Positions 29,555 to 41,645 of a stretch of 64,000 bases of DNA are shown here, one piece after another (position 1 is the stretch's first letter; each line of letters opens with the position of its first letter). Both the position numbers and the translations under genes were made by a program. Under the pieces are notes generated by a model, which saw nothing but the letters and a program-made list of their open reading frames with translations, did no database searches and was not told the DNA's origin. This stretch comes from Escherichia coli (GTDB taxonomy: Bacteria > Pseudomonadota > Gammaproteobacteria > Enterobacterales > Enterobacteriaceae). The stretch is from the NCBI RefSeq assembly GCF_048403405.1, contig NZ_CP183129.1; one strand, written 5' to 3'.

Positions 29555-30619
29555 TTAACTGTATGCATGTAGCGTACGTTGGCAAAGTGCCGAACGTACG
29601 CAATCCTCTTTACCGAATCGGACGATCCCGACCATTTCATCTTCTTCGAAACGTTCCAGCGCGTCACTTAATCCGGAGCGCACGCCGCGAGGCAAATCGC
29701 ATTGCGTGATATCACCGTTGACGATAACCGTCACGTTCTCCCCGAGGCGGGTTAAAAACATTTTCATTTGCGCGGCAGTCACATTCTGCGCCTCGTCAAG
29801 AATGACGACTGCATTTTCAAAGGTACGTCCACGCATATAGGCGAACGGCGCAATTTCCACCTTCCCTATTTCCGGTCGCAGGCAGTACTGCATAAAGGAA
29901 GCCCCTAAGCGCCGGACCAGCACGTCGTAGACCGGACGAAAATAGGGAGCAAACTTTTCTGCGATATCTCCAGGTAAGAAGCCAAGATCTTCATCGGCTT
30001 GCAGAACTGGACGGGTGACGATAATCCTGTCGACATCCTTATGTATCAGGGCCTCTGCCGCTTTTGCTGCGCTGATCCAGGTTTTTCCGCACCCGGCTTC
30101 GCCCGTGGCGAATATCAGCTGCTTACTCTCAATAGCCTTCAGATAGTGCAATTGCGCTTCATTTCGCGCGAGGATGGGCGAGGTATCGCGACTGTCGCGG
30201 GCCATACCAATGGCTTCTACGCCGCTCATCTGCACAAGCGAGGTGACCGATTCTTCTTCACGCTGCTTATGGCTGCGCGAATCCCGTCTCAGCACACGTT
30301 TTGCCTCGCGACGAGCTTTGATCACTGCTTTTTGTCTTCCCATGGAGAGCACCTTGAGTTGTTTGTATTCATCACACGCGCCGTTGGCAGCGCGATTATG
30401 CGCACGAACATCAGAGGGTTGGCTTCCTTGTAAGCCATAGTTTGCTTTTGGATAAAATGCCGAAAAACGGCTACGCGCACCGTTTACGGCGTCGGTAACA
30501 CATGAAAAGAAAGGATGAGGTTGAAAATACAAAGTGACGAGATGACTACCGGAGGAGAAATCTCCGCGAGTGGTGGCGCGCTGATTATCTAAAACATGTC
30601 CAGTACAGGACGTTACCAT
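29555..30619 (-). CDS. phoH: PhoH, phosphate-starvation-inducible ATPase (long form), 354 aa
   Basis: Walker A GEAGCGKT, PhoH-like C-terminal domain; 354 aa. Confidence 0.92.
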   Translation of the reverse strand: MVTSCTGHVLDNQRATTRGDFSSGSHLVTLYFQPHPFFSCVTDAVNGARSRFSAFYPKANYGLQGSQPSDVRAHNRAANGACDEYKQLKVLSMGRQKAVIKARREAKRVLRRDSRSHKQREEESVTSLVQMSGVEAIGMARDSRDTSPILARNEAQLHYLKAIESKQLIFATGEAGCGKTWISAAKAAEALIHKDVDRIIVTRPVLQADEDLGFLPGDIAEKFAPYFRPVYDVLVRRLGASFMQYCLRPEIGKVEIAPFAYMRGRTFENAVVILDEAQNVTAAQMKMFLTRLGENVTVIVNGDITQCDLPRGVRSGLSDALERFEEDEMVGIVRFGKEDCVRSALCQRTLHAYS

Positions 30620-30768
30620 CCGCGATCTCCATAGTGACTGACTATCACTGCCGGGAACTTCCGCTGCTACTTAATAATTACAACAGAACTCGCATTCATT
30701 GCAACAATATATTCACTTATATTTAACGATAAACACCCATTTCGGTGACATTAGTTTCTACTGGAAAG

Positions 30769-30786
30769 ATGACAGAGTGATGACAG
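30769..30786 (-). promoter_or_regulatory. Pho box (PhoB binding site) upstream of phoH
   Basis: Minus-strand sequence CTGTCAT-CACT-CTGTCAT: two 7-bp direct repeats with 4-bp spacer, the PhoB consensus architecture. Confidence 0.75.
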
Positions 30787-30837
30787 AGATGAAAAAAGCT
30801 GTGTGCTTTCAGCAGGATTCGCAGTACTGGTAAAAGC

Positions 30838-30875
30838 TTGCCGGATGCGGCGTGAACGCCTTACCCGACCTACAA
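30838..30875. repeat. REP element
   Basis: gccggatgcggcgtgaacgccttacccgacctac matches E. coli REP consensus. Confidence 0.6.
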
Positions 30876-30941
30876 GTGATTAATAATTTGTGCACCAAAC
30901 TCATGCCCGATAAACCTGCGCATCGGGCATATTTGCGTCGT

Positions 30942-32213
30942 TCAAACCTGTAATAGCGCCCTTCCCAGATAATCGTTCGTGTCCTTCACCCCCGGCAGCG
31001 CAAAAAAATAACCGCCGCCGATAGGTTTAACGTATTCCTCCAGCGCTTCGCCATTGAGCCTTTTTTGTACTGTCAGGAAGCCTTTTTCCAGATCGTGTTG
31101 GTAACAGACAAACAATAGCCCCATATCCAGTTGTCCGGAGTTGGTGACGCCCAACGAATAACTGTAGCCACGACGCAGCATCAGGCTGGACTCACTCTCT
31201 GGCGTGCGGGGATTCGCCAGCCGGATATGGCTGTCCAGCGCAATCACCTTCCCCTCCGGATCGCTGGCGTAATCGGGAACATCATGCTCATGCTGCATTC
31301 CCAGCGGCGCACCGGTTTGTTTGTCGCGACCAAAAATCGTCTGCTGTTCTTTCAGTGGCGTTCTGTCCCAAAACTCCACCCGAAACTGAATCAACCGCAC
31401 CGCCTGGTAGCTGCCGCCGATTGTCCACGCAGGCTCCTGCTGATCTGCCGTCACCCACACCACTTGTTGCATCAACTTATCATTCTGGCTATCGGGATTG
31501 GCAGTGCCGTCTTTGAAACCCAGCAAATTAATCGGCGTCTCTTTGCCTTTACTACGCGCTGCATGATCGGAAATAAACCCTTCCCGCTTCCAGCGCACGC
31601 TGAGCAAATCCGGCGTGTGTTTGATGATATCGCGCAGCGCATGGATCACCGTGTCCTGGGTGTTGGCGCAAATTTGTAGCAACACATCACCATGACATAA
31701 CGCCGCATCCAGCGAGTCGTTGGGGAAACGCGTCATTTTCTGCAACTTTTTCGGCATCTGCGGTGTAAGGCCAAACCGCTCATCAAACAATGAGTGGCCC
31801 ACCGATAACGTTATGGTGAGATTATCGGACGCAATGTAGCCGCCAAGAATGCCGGAATCGAGTGGAGGCAGGCGCGGATTTGGCGTTTCTGGTGCCGCTC
31901 CGCCCTGAGTCAGAAAAGCAAAACGCTGAGTCAACAAGCGAAACAACCGTTCAAGATCGGCTTTATCGCTGGCAAGCACATCAAACGCCACCAGCATCAT
32001 TGCGGCCTGTTGTGGCGTCAGGACCCCTGCCTGATGCTCACCATAAAACGGCTGTTTCTCATTGCGTGCATCCGGTGAAAGCGTTCCCGGTGCACTTTGC
32101 GTTTTTTGTGCATGAGCGACCGGACAACTTCCCGCCAGCGCCAGCGCACCAATCCCTTTCAGTAAACGTCGGCGTGACGGTTCATTCACGCCGTTTTCAT
32201 CTTCATACTGCAT
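30942..32213 (-). CDS. efeB: Dye-decolorizing (DyP) haem peroxidase EfeB (YcdB), Tat-secreted, 423 aa
   Basis: Twin-arginine signal [17 protein letters not shown]; 423 aa. Confidence 0.93.
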   Translation of the reverse strand: MQYEDENGVNEPSRRRLLKGIGALALAGSCPVAHAQKTQSAPGTLSPDARNEKQPFYGEHQAGVLTPQQAAMMLVAFDVLASDKADLERLFRLLTQRFAFLTQGGAAPETPNPRLPPLDSGILGGYIASDNLTITLSVGHSLFDERFGLTPQMPKKLQKMTRFPNDSLDAALCHGDVLLQICANTQDTVIHALRDIIKHTPDLLSVRWKREGFISDHAARSKGKETPINLLGFKDGTANPDSQNDKLMQQVVWVTADQQEPAWTIGGSYQAVRLIQFRVEFWDRTPLKEQQTIFGRDKQTGAPLGMQHEHDVPDYASDPEGKVIALDSHIRLANPRTPESESSLMLRRGYSYSLGVTNSGQLDMGLLFVCYQHDLEKGFLTVQKRLNGEALEEYVKPIGGGYFFALPGVKDTNDYLGRALLQV

Positions 32214-32218
32214 AACAC

Positions 32219-33346
32219 TTAATCCAGTCCCAGCACACCGCGAAGTTGCGCCAGATCTTCCGCCAGCGCAGTAATCGGCCCTTTCAGCGCGTTACGGTCG
32301 GCATCGGTCAATTTGTCGTAGGTTTCAAAACCGTCTTTAGTACGGTATTTCGCCAGAATGGTATCGACCTTTTTGAAGTTGGCATCGACTTTTGCCAGCA
32401 GTTCCGGGTTGGCTTTTTGTAGTTGTGGACGCAGCAGATCGACAATTTTCTGCGAGCCTTCAACGTTAGCCTGGAAATCCCACAGATCGGTGTGGCTGTA
32501 GCGATCTTCTTCACCGCTGATTTTGCTGGCTGCCACTTCCTCAATCAGTCCGGCTGCACCGCCGACCACTTTTGAAGGTGGGAAAGCCAGTTCACTGATG
32601 CGTTTTTGCAAATCGACCACATCGGTATAAAGCTGGTCAGCGTACTTATCCATCCCTTTAGTGGTGTTATCGCCAAACAATGCTTTTTCCAGACGGTGGA
32701 AACCGGTGAATTTTGGATCGGCGGCTTTTTGCTCGTAATCATCTTCACGGGCGTCAATGCTACCATCCAGATCGGAGAACAGTTCAGCAATCGGTTCAAT
32801 GCGCTCATAGTGCTGGCGCGTCGGCGCATACAGTGCTTTCGCTTTTTCGATATCGCCTGCTTTAATCGCGTCGGTAAAGGCTTTGGTGTCGGTCACCAGC
32901 TGTGTGGTTTCCGCCATGACATACGCTTTATATGCAGTAATTGCACCACCAAGACTTAACAGCGCATCACTTTGCGCCGCATCCGCCGTTGCCTCACCTT
33001 TGACGATCAACTTCCCTTTCGGGTTAGTCAGCAGACCGCAGGTCATATCGTATTCGCCAGGCTGTAAATTCGCCGTCATTTTCTGGCTAAAACCAGGGGC
33101 GATATTTTCCCGCTCTTCCACCACCATCACGCCTTTGAGGATCTCCCACTCCAGCGCCTTCTGGCTGTGGTTCTGAATAATGAACTGTGTTTTCCCGGCG
33201 TTAACCGTAATGGTCATCGGTTCGCACTGTTTATCTGTCACAGTGACTTTGACCTGCGGAATATCAGCGGCGTTAGCCATAAAAGCAGAAGAGAACAGCG
33301 CAGCCACGCTAAACTGCAATGCGTTACGGCGGAAGTTAATGGTCAT
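32219..33346 (-). CDS. efeO: Periplasmic iron-binding protein EfeO (YcdO), 375 aa
   Basis: 375-aa ORF with signal peptide; cupredoxin + M75 peptidase-like domains by recall. Confidence 0.93.
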   Translation of the reverse strand: MTINFRRNALQFSVAALFSSAFMANAADIPQVKVTVTDKQCEPMTITVNAGKTQFIIQNHSQKALEWEILKGVMVVEERENIAPGFSQKMTANLQPGEYDMTCGLLTNPKGKLIVKGEATADAAQSDALLSLGGAITAYKAYVMAETTQLVTDTKAFTDAIKAGDIEKAKALYAPTRQHYERIEPIAELFSDLDGSIDAREDDYEQKAADPKFTGFHRLEKALFGDNTTKGMDKYADQLYTDVVDLQKRISELAFPPSKVVGGAAGLIEEVAASKISGEEDRYSHTDLWDFQANVEGSQKIVDLLRPQLQKANPELLAKVDANFKKVDTILAKYRTKDGFETYDKLTDADRNALKGPITALAEDLAQLRGVLGLD

Positions 33347-33403
33347 GACGAGACTATCCCTTTAAAGTATGTTGTAACTAAGCAAGAGTTTGCGTCGTAT
33401 TTG

Positions 33404-34234
33404 TTACGCGGAGCGAGACGCTGTCGCCCCTGCGCGTGGTGGCAGAGCAAATGCCACCAGCGCCGGGATGAGATAAATAAACCAGACGGCGACTTCGCTG
33501 ACACTTGGCGCTTCCTGATAGCCAAAAATCCCTTCCATCAGCGTGCCAAACAGCGAGTGAGTTGAGAGCACCGCACTCATATCGAAGGCGATTTCCTGAA
33601 AGTGGTTCCACAATCCGGCTTCATGAAATGCGCGAATGGCACCAGCCGCCAGCCCTGCGGCGACGAAGAGAATAAACAGGCTGGTCCATTTAAAAAATGC
33701 ACCAAGATTGAGGCGAATACCGCCCCAGTAGAGCAGGAAGCCGAGCACCACGGCTGTAGCAAGACCGAGCATTGCACCCAGCGGCGGCCAGATCCCGACA
33801 TCTTGTTGAAATGCCGCCAGCAGGAAAAAGACCGACTCCAGCCCTTCCCTTGCAACGGCAAAAAAGACCATCATCACCAGCGCCCAGCCATGATGATTTC
33901 CACGCTGCAATGCGCTATCGACTGCCTGCTCCAGTTGTACTTTGACGTTGCGCGACACTTTGCGCATCCAGAAAACCATCCAGGTAAGGATCACCACGGC
34001 GATCACCGCCACGATACCTTCAAACAGTTCCTGTTCTTTTTGCGGAAATTCGCCGGTGGTTTCGTTAATGAAGATACCCAAGCCCAGGCACAACGCAGCG
34101 GCAAGCAACACGCCAATCCACATCACACCAATCCATCGGCCTCGCTGGGTACGCTTAAGATAGCTGGCAATCAAACTGACAATCAGCGCGGCTTCAAGTC
34201 CTTCGCGCAACATAATGAGAAATGGAACAAACAT
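33404..34234 (-). CDS. efeU: Ferrous iron permease EfeU (YcdN), intact, ~276 aa
   Basis: Uninterrupted ORF with two REGLE (RExxE) iron-binding motifs; start taken at MFVPFLIMLREGLE (track ORF begins 3 codons upstream). Confidence 0.9.
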   Translation of the reverse strand: MFVPFLIMLREGLEAALIVSLIASYLKRTQRGRWIGVMWIGVLLAAALCLGLGIFINETTGEFPQKEQELFEGIVAVIAVVILTWMVFWMRKVSRNVKVQLEQAVDSALQRGNHHGWALVMMVFFAVAREGLESVFFLLAAFQQDVGIWPPLGAMLGLATAVVLGFLLYWGGIRLNLGAFFKWTSLFILFVAAGLAAGAIRAFHEAGLWNHFQEIAFDMSAVLSTHSLFGTLMEGIFGYQEAPSVSEVAVWFIYLIPALVAFALPPRAGATASRSA

Positions 34235-34283
34235 GCCACCCACCCTTAAACGTTTTTCTGAGTCAATCTATGCAAAGAAAAGT

Positions 34284-34302
34284 AAATCGCAGTGATAGCG
34301 AT
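34284..34302 (-). promoter_or_regulatory. Candidate Fur box upstream of efeU
   Basis: gatagcgattatcattac resembles Fur consensus GATAATGATAATCATTATC; ~50 bp upstream of efeU start. Confidence 0.55.
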
Positions 34303-34887
34303 TATCATTACGGCAAAGAAAAATACAAGCGGAATGTTTATAAAATGATGTTGGAATGTAAACAAAGAGAGGTAATGCCAGGGGATATAAACAATTATTC
34401 CAGGTACAAAGATGGGATTGTTTACAACGAGCCATGTGTTCTTGCCAGATGCCGCGTAAACGCCTTATCCAGCCGACAAAACTGTCCAGACTCAATGCAT
34501 CAGAGCTTCCATGTAAAACTGATAAGCGGGTGTATCAAGCAATTTCGTCCATCCGCGATTATCAAATCTAACTTTTTGCCCGGAACATAATAACAGCTCG
34601 GGTGTTGGTGGCGTCAAAGTCGCTGAAGCGTTCCCCGAAGGCCGGGGCAGCCCACATGGATGTGGGCTGAGGGCGCGTCTTACAGGACATTACCTCGCGC
34701 CCGACCCGGTAGCCGAAGGGGATAAGCTGAAGGTACCGCGCAGCGGCGATTTTGTTCGCCAGAGCCCGGGGTGCAGGGGGTGGCGGCGATTGGCCGCCCC
34801 CTGCACCATTCAATTTATATGGCGAGGCACATTAAGGGAGCGCAACCCGCTGCTGAAGCCAAACAAAACCGCCGCAGGCTAAGTCCC

Positions 34888-36396
<1,509 letters not shown>

Positions 36397-36818
36397 CTAA
36401 AGTCTCCAAAAAATTATTATCGGCAATGTCGAAACTTGCCGTTATATCTGCCACCGGAACGGGGTAACAGAGTTTATGTTTTACCAGGGCGACCGTATCC
36501 TGCCGGAAGCGCCGGTTATTCACAATCGATTTAACACACCATTTACATTAAATTTTAGTGCTCAGCGACACTATTTTTCATCAGGTTGCACTCTCTCACA
36601 TTTTTTGCGGTTGCACCTTTCAAAAATGTTAACTGCCGCAGAGAAAAAGTCTGAGTTATTTTTTTAATCCCTGTCATATCGATTTCTTTTATTAACATTT
36701 CATTCATTTTTAAGCTTGCTACGCAGGTCACATTTAACATGGTTGCACAAAGTTGCAACATCATGGATATTTCACGATAACGTTAAGTTGCACCTTTCAG
36801 AACAACAGGAGTAATGGC
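36397..36818. promoter_or_regulatory. put control region between divergent putP and putA with GTTGCA PutA operator motifs
   Basis: Repeated GTTGCA motifs read at ~36586, ~36612, ~36739-36752 (inverted pair gttgcacaaagttgcaac) and ~36784. Confidence 0.75.
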
Positions 36819-39800
36819 ATGGGAACCACCACCATGGGGGTTAAGCTGGACGACGCGACGCGTGAGCGTATTAAGTCTGCCGCGACACGTATCGATCGCA
36901 CGCCACACTGGTTAATTAAGCAGGCGATTTTTTCTTATCTTGAACAACTGGAAAACAGCGATACTCTTCCGGAGCTACCTGCGCTGCTTTCTGGCGCTGC
37001 CAATGAGAGCGATGAAGCACCGACTCCGGCAGAGGAACCACACCAGCCTTTCCTCGACTTTGCCGAGCAAATTTTGCCCCAGTCGGTTTCCCGCGCCGCG
37101 ATCACCGCTGCCTATCGCCGTCCGGAAACCGAAGCGGTTTCGATGCTGCTGGAACAAGCCCGCCTGCCGCAGCCAGTTGCTGAACAGGCGCATAAACTGG
37201 CATATCAACTGGCCGATAAACTGCGTAATCAAAAAAATGCCAGTGGTCGCGCAGGTATGGTCCAGGGGTTATTGCAGGAGTTTTCGCTGTCATCGCAGGA
37301 AGGCGTGGCGCTGATGTGTCTGGCAGAAGCGTTGTTGCGTATTCCCGACAAAGCCACCCGTGATGCGTTAATTCGCGACAAAATCAGCAACGGTAACTGG
37401 CAGTCACACATTGGTCGTAGCCCGTCGTTGTTTGTTAATGCCGCCACCTGGGGGCTGCTGTTTACTGGCAAACTGGTTTCCACCCATAACGAAGCCAGCC
37501 TCTCCCGCTCGCTGAACCGCATTATCGGTAAGAGCGGTGAACCGCTGATCCGCAAAGGTGTGGATATGGCGATGCGCCTGATGGGCGAGCAGTTCGTCAC
37601 TGGCGAAACCATCGCGGAAGCGTTAGCCAATGCCCGCAAGCTGGAAGAGAAAGGTTTCCGTTACTCCTACGATATGCTGGGCGAAGCCGCGCTGACCGCC
37701 GCAGATGCACAGGCGTATATGGTTTCCTATCAACAGGCGATTCACGCTATTGGTAAAGCGTCCAATGGTCGTGGCATCTATGAAGGTCCGGGCATTTCAA
37801 TAAAGCTGTCGGCGCTGCATCCGCGTTACAGCCGCGCCCAGTATGACCGGGTAATGGAAGAGCTTTACCCACGTCTGAAATCACTCACCCTGCTGGCGCG
37901 TCAGTACGATATTGGTATTAACATCGATGCCGAAGAGGCCGATCGTCTGGAGATCTCCCTCGATCTGCTGGAAAAACTCTGTTTCGAGCCGGAACTGGCA
38001 GGCTGGAACGGCATCGGTTTTGTTATTCAGGCTTATCAAAAACGCTGTCCGTTGGTGATTGATTATCTGATTGATCTCGCCACCCGCAGCCGTCGCCGTC
38101 TGATGATTCGCCTGGTGAAAGGCGCGTACTGGGATAGTGAAATCAAGCGTGCACAGATGGACGGCCTTGAAGGTTATCCGGTTTATACCCGCAAGGTGTA
38201 TACCGACGTTTCATATCTCGCCTGTGCGAAAAAGCTGCTGGCGGTGCCGAATCTAATCTACCCGCAGTTCGCAACGCATAACGCCCATACGCTGGCGGCA
38301 ATTTATCAACTGGCGGGTCAGAACTACTACCCGGGTCAGTACGAGTTCCAGTGCCTGCACGGTATGGGCGAGCCACTGTATGAGCAGGTCACCGGGAAAG
38401 TTGCCGACGGCAAACTTAACCGTCCGTGTCGTATTTATGCTCCTGTCGGTACACATGAAACGCTGCTGGCGTATCTGGTGCGTCGCCTGCTGGAAAACGG
38501 TGCTAACACCTCGTTTGTTAACCGTATTGCTGACACCTCTTTGCCACTGGATGAACTGGTCGCCGATCCGGTCACTGCTGTAGAAAAACTGGCGCAACAG
38601 GAAGGGCAAACTGGATTACCGCATCCGAAAATTCCCCTGCCGCGCGATCTTTACGGTCACGGGCGCGACAACTCGGCAGGGCTGGATCTCGCTAACGAAC
38701 ACCGTCTGGCCTCGCTCTCTTCTGCCCTGCTCAATAGTGCACTGCAAAAATGGCAGGCCTTGCCAATGCTGGAACAACCGGTCACGGCTGGTGAGATGTC
38801 GCCCGTTATTAACCCGGCAGAGCCGAAAGATATTGTGGGCTATGTGCGCGAAGCCACGCCGAGTGAAGTAGAACAGGCGCTGGAAAGTGCGGTTAATAAC
38901 GCACCAATCTGGTTTGCCACGCCTCCGGCTGAACGCGCGGCAATTTTGCATCGCGCTGCCGTGCTGATGGAAAGCCAGATGCAGCAACTGATTGGTATTC
39001 TGGTGCGTGAGGCCGGAAAAACCTTCAGTAACGCCATTGCCGAAGTGCGCGAAGCGGTCGATTTTCTCCACTACTACGCCGGACAGGTGCGGGATGATTT
39101 CGCTAACGAAACCCACCGTCCATTAGGGCCTGTGGTATGTATCAGTCCGTGGAACTTCCCGCTGGCGATTTTCACCGGGCAGATCGCCGCCGCACTGGCG
39201 GCAGGTAACAGCGTGCTGGCAAAACCGGCAGAACAAACGCCGCTGATTGCCGCGCAAGGGATCGCAATTTTGCTGGAAGCGGGTGTACCACCAGGCGTGG
39301 TGCAATTGCTGCCAGGTCAGGGGGAAACCGTGGGCGCGCAACTGACGGGTGATGATCGCGTGCGCGGGGTGATGTTTACCGGTTCAACCGAAGTCGCTAC
39401 GTTACTGCAACGCAATATCGCCAGCCGCCTGGACGCTCAGGGTCGCCCTATTCCGCTCATCGCGGAAACCGGCGGCATGAACGCGATGATTGTCGATTCT
39501 TCAGCACTGACCGAACAAGTCGTAATAGATGTGCTGGCCTCGGCGTTCGACAGTGCGGGTCAGCGTTGTTCGGCACTGCGCGTGCTGTGCCTGCAAGATG
39601 AGATTGCCGACCACACGTTGAAAATGCTGCGCGGCGCAATGGCCGAATGCCGGATGGGTAATCCGGGTCGCCTGACCACCGATATCGGTCCGGTGATTGA
39701 TAGCGAAGCGAAAGCCAATATTGAGCGTCATATTCAGACTATGCGTAGTAAAGGCCGTCCGGTGTTCCAGGCGGTGCGGGAAAACAGTGAAGATGCCCGT

Positions 39801-40781
39801 GAATGGCAAAGCGGCACCTTTGTCGCGCCGACGCTTATCGAACTGGATGATTTTGCCGAATTGCAAAAAGAGGTCTTTGGTCCGGTGCTGCATGTGGTGC
39901 GTTATAACCGTAACCAGCTGCCGGAGCTGATCGAGCAGATTAACGCTTCCGGTTATGGTCTGACGCTTGGCGTCCATACGCGCATTGATGAAACCATCGC
40001 CCAGGTCACTGGCTCGGCCCATGTCGGTAACCTGTACGTTAACCGTAATATGGTGGGCGCAGTGGTCGGGGTGCAGCCATTCGGCGGCGAAGGGTTGTCC
40101 GGCACCGGGCCGAAAGCAGGCGGTCCGCTCTATCTCTACCGTCTGCTGGCGAATCGCCCGGAAAGTGCACTGGCAGTGACGCTCGCGCGTCAGGATGCAG
40201 AGTATCCGGTCGATGCGCAGTTGAAAGCCGCATTGACTCAGCCGCTAAATGCACTGCGGGAATGGGCGGCAAACCGTCCAGAATTGCAGGCGTTATGTAC
40301 GCAATATGGCGAGCTGGCGCAGGCAGGAACACAACGATTGCTGCCAGGGCCGACGGGTGAACGCAACACCTGGACGCTGCTGCCGCGTGAGCGCGTGTTG
40401 TGTATTGCGGATGATGAGCAGGATGCGCTGACTCAGCTCGCCGCCGTGCTGGCGGTGGGCAGCCAGGTGCTGTGGCCGGATGACGCGCTGCATCGTCAGT
40501 TAGTGAAGGCATTGCCATCGGCAGTCAGCGAACGTATTCAACTGGCGAAAGCGGAAAATATAACCGCTCAACCGTTTGATGCGGTGATCTTCCACGGTGA
40601 TTCGGATCAGCTTCGCGTATTGTGTGAAGCAGTTGCCGCGCGGGATGGCGCAATTGTTTCGGTGCAGGGTTTTGCCCGTGGCGAAAGCAATATCCTGCTG
40701 GAACGGCTGTATATCGAGCGTTCGCTGAGTGTGAATACCGCTGCCGCTGGCGGTAACGCCAGTTTAATGACGATCGGTTAA
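36819..40781 (+). CDS. putA: Bifunctional proline dehydrogenase / P5C dehydrogenase and transcriptional repressor PutA, 1320 aa
   Basis: Track ORF 1342 aa; start at MGTTTMGVKLDDATRERIKSAA (ribbon-helix-helix DNA-binding N-terminus) gives 1320 aa. Confidence 0.95.
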   Translation: MGTTTMGVKLDDATRERIKSAATRIDRTPHWLIKQAIFSYLEQLENSDTLPELPALLSGAANESDEAPTPAEEPHQPFLDFAEQILPQSVSRAAITAAYRRPETEAVSMLLEQARLPQPVAEQAHKLAYQLADKLRNQKNASGRAGMVQGLLQEFSLSSQEGVALMCLAEALLRIPDKATRDALIRDKISNGNWQSHIGRSPSLFVNAATWGLLFTGKLVSTHNEASLSRSLNRIIGKSGEPLIRKGVDMAMRLMGEQFVTGETIAEALANARKLEEKGFRYSYDMLGEAALTAADAQAYMVSYQQAIHAIGKASNGRGIYEGPGISIKLSALHPRYSRAQYDRVMEELYPRLKSLTLLARQYDIGINIDAEEADRLEISLDLLEKLCFEPELAGWNGIGFVIQAYQKRCPLVIDYLIDLATRSRRRLMIRLVKGAYWDSEIKRAQMDGLEGYPVYTRKVYTDVSYLACAKKLLAVPNLIYPQFATHNAHTLAAIYQLAGQNYYPGQYEFQCLHGMGEPLYEQVTGKVADGKLNRPCRIYAPVGTHETLLAYLVRRLLENGANTSFVNRIADTSLPLDELVADPVTAVEKLAQQEGQTGLPHPKIPLPRDLYGHGRDNSAGLDLANEHRLASLSSALLNSALQKWQALPMLEQPVTAGEMSPVINPAEPKDIVGYVREATPSEVEQALESAVNNAPIWFATPPAERAAILHRAAVLMESQMQQLIGILVREAGKTFSNAIAEVREAVDFLHYYAGQVRDDFANETHRPLGPVVCISPWNFPLAIFTGQIAAALAAGNSVLAKPAEQTPLIAAQGIAILLEAGVPPGVVQLLPGQGETVGAQLTGDDRVRGVMFTGSTEVATLLQRNIASRLDAQGRPIPLIAETGGMNAMIVDSSALTEQVVIDVLASAFDSAGQRCSALRVLCLQDEIADHTLKMLRGAMAECRMGNPGRLTTDIGPVIDSEAKANIERHIQTMRSKGRPVFQAVRENSEDAREWQSGTFVAPTLIELDDFAELQKEVFGPVLHVVRYNRNQLPELIEQINASGYGLTLGVHTRIDETIAQVTGSAHVGNLYVNRNMVGAVVGVQPFGGEGLSGTGPKAGGPLYLYRLLANRPESALAVTLARQDAEYPVDAQLKAALTQPLNALREWAANRPELQALCTQYGELAQAGTQRLLPGPTGERNTWTLLPRERVLCIADDEQDALTQLAAVLAVGSQVLWPDDALHRQLVKALPSAVSERIQLAKAENITAQPFDAVIFHGDSDQLRVLCEAVAARDGAIVSVQGFARGESNILLERLYIERSLSVNTAAAGGNASLMTIG

Positions 40782-40788
40782 GCAGGAA

Positions 40789-40816
40789 GCCGGAGGATGT
40801 TACAACCTCCTCCGGC
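40789..40816. terminator. Hairpin between convergent putA and rutR (gccggagga...cctcctccggc)
   Basis: 9-11 bp GC-rich inverted repeat immediately after putA stop and rutR stop. Confidence 0.6.
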
Positions 40817-40820
40817 ATCT

Positions 40821-41459
40821 TTAACGTGGTCGAATCCCCTCAATAATAATCCGCTGCACGTTTTCAACCGTTTGATTGAAAAATACCTCATCGCGCAACG
40901 TCGCGCCTGTCACCGCCTCCACCTGAGGGGCGAAATCGGCGTAATGTTGAGTGGAAGCCCAAATCATAAAAATCAAATGCTGCGGGTCAATCGGCGCGAG
41001 TTTGCCGCTTTTGACCCAACCGGCAATCAGCGCCGATTTCTCATCAATTAATGCCTTCAAATCGCCCGTCAGTTCATCCATTAACAACGGCGCGCCTGCC
41101 AGCATCTCCATACAAAACAGACGTGAAGCCTGCGGATAATCGCGTGAGACTTCCAGCTTCAGACGGATGTACTCTTTGATCGCCGCCAGCGGGGCGAAAT
41201 CTTCACGAAACGCTTTTAACGGTGCCAGCCAGATATCGAGAATCTGCCGCAGTACGGCTATATACAGCGCCTCTTTTGACGGGAAGTAATACAGCAGATT
41301 GGTTTTTGAAACGCCTGCCAACTCTGCGATCTGCTCCAGCCTTGTGCCGTGAAAACCGAATTGTGAAAAAGTGTCCAGTGCTGCGCTAAGAATCGCTTTT
41401 TTCTTCGCGCTCACTGCGCGCGAACGTTTACCCGTTGTTTTCACTGCGCCTTGCGTCAT
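40821..41459 (-). CDS. rutR: TetR-family repressor RutR, 212 aa
   Basis: Track ORF 221 aa; start at MTQGAVKTTGKRSR gives 212 aa; TetR HTH. Confidence 0.92.
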   Translation of the reverse strand: MTQGAVKTTGKRSRAVSAKKKAILSAALDTFSQFGFHGTRLEQIAELAGVSKTNLLYYFPSKEALYIAVLRQILDIWLAPLKAFREDFAPLAAIKEYIRLKLEVSRDYPQASRLFCMEMLAGAPLLMDELTGDLKALIDEKSALIAGWVKSGKLAPIDPQHLIFMIWASTQHYADFAPQVEAVTGATLRDEVFFNQTVENVQRIIIEGIRPR

Positions 41460-41563
41460 GCGCTCTCCCCTCTTGTAGATTGGCAACAGGATAGCAAAAC
41501 CCCAGCCCGGCCTCGACCTTCTGCACTTTCATCGCGCACGGATGCATGTTTTATGTGCAACTG

Positions 41564-41581
41564 TTTTGACCGTTTAGTCCA
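41564..41581. promoter_or_regulatory. Candidate RutR operator
   Basis: tttgaccgtttagtccac resembles RutR box TTGACCAnnTGGTCAA in rutR-rutA intergenic region. Confidence 0.5.
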
Positions 41582-41645
41582 CTTTTTTCCAGATATTTTA
41601 GACAACTTAACATTAACACATTAATAACATTCACTTTTTAAAAAC

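Noticed and set aside
34222-34590. 122-aa ORF in the efeU–putP intergenic region
   Set aside because: Overlaps the efeU promoter/Fur-box region and a REP-like element, has odd composition and no recognisable motif; likely spurious
34568-34813. 81-aa Gly/Pro/Ala-rich ORF over the GC-rich palindromic element
   Set aside because: Low-complexity translation of a GC-rich repeat; reported as a structural element instead of a gene
36940-37314. 124-aa ORF inside putA in another frame, plus many similar 60-200-aa ORFs antisense or out of frame within putA, torA, efeB, putP, opgH and dgcT (e.g. 31131..31679, 54742..55455, 35440..36075, 39501..40022)
   Set aside because: Fully embedded in well-supported long genes, with low-complexity or Arg/Pro-rich composition typical of GC-rich antisense frames; no independent start or RBS evidence
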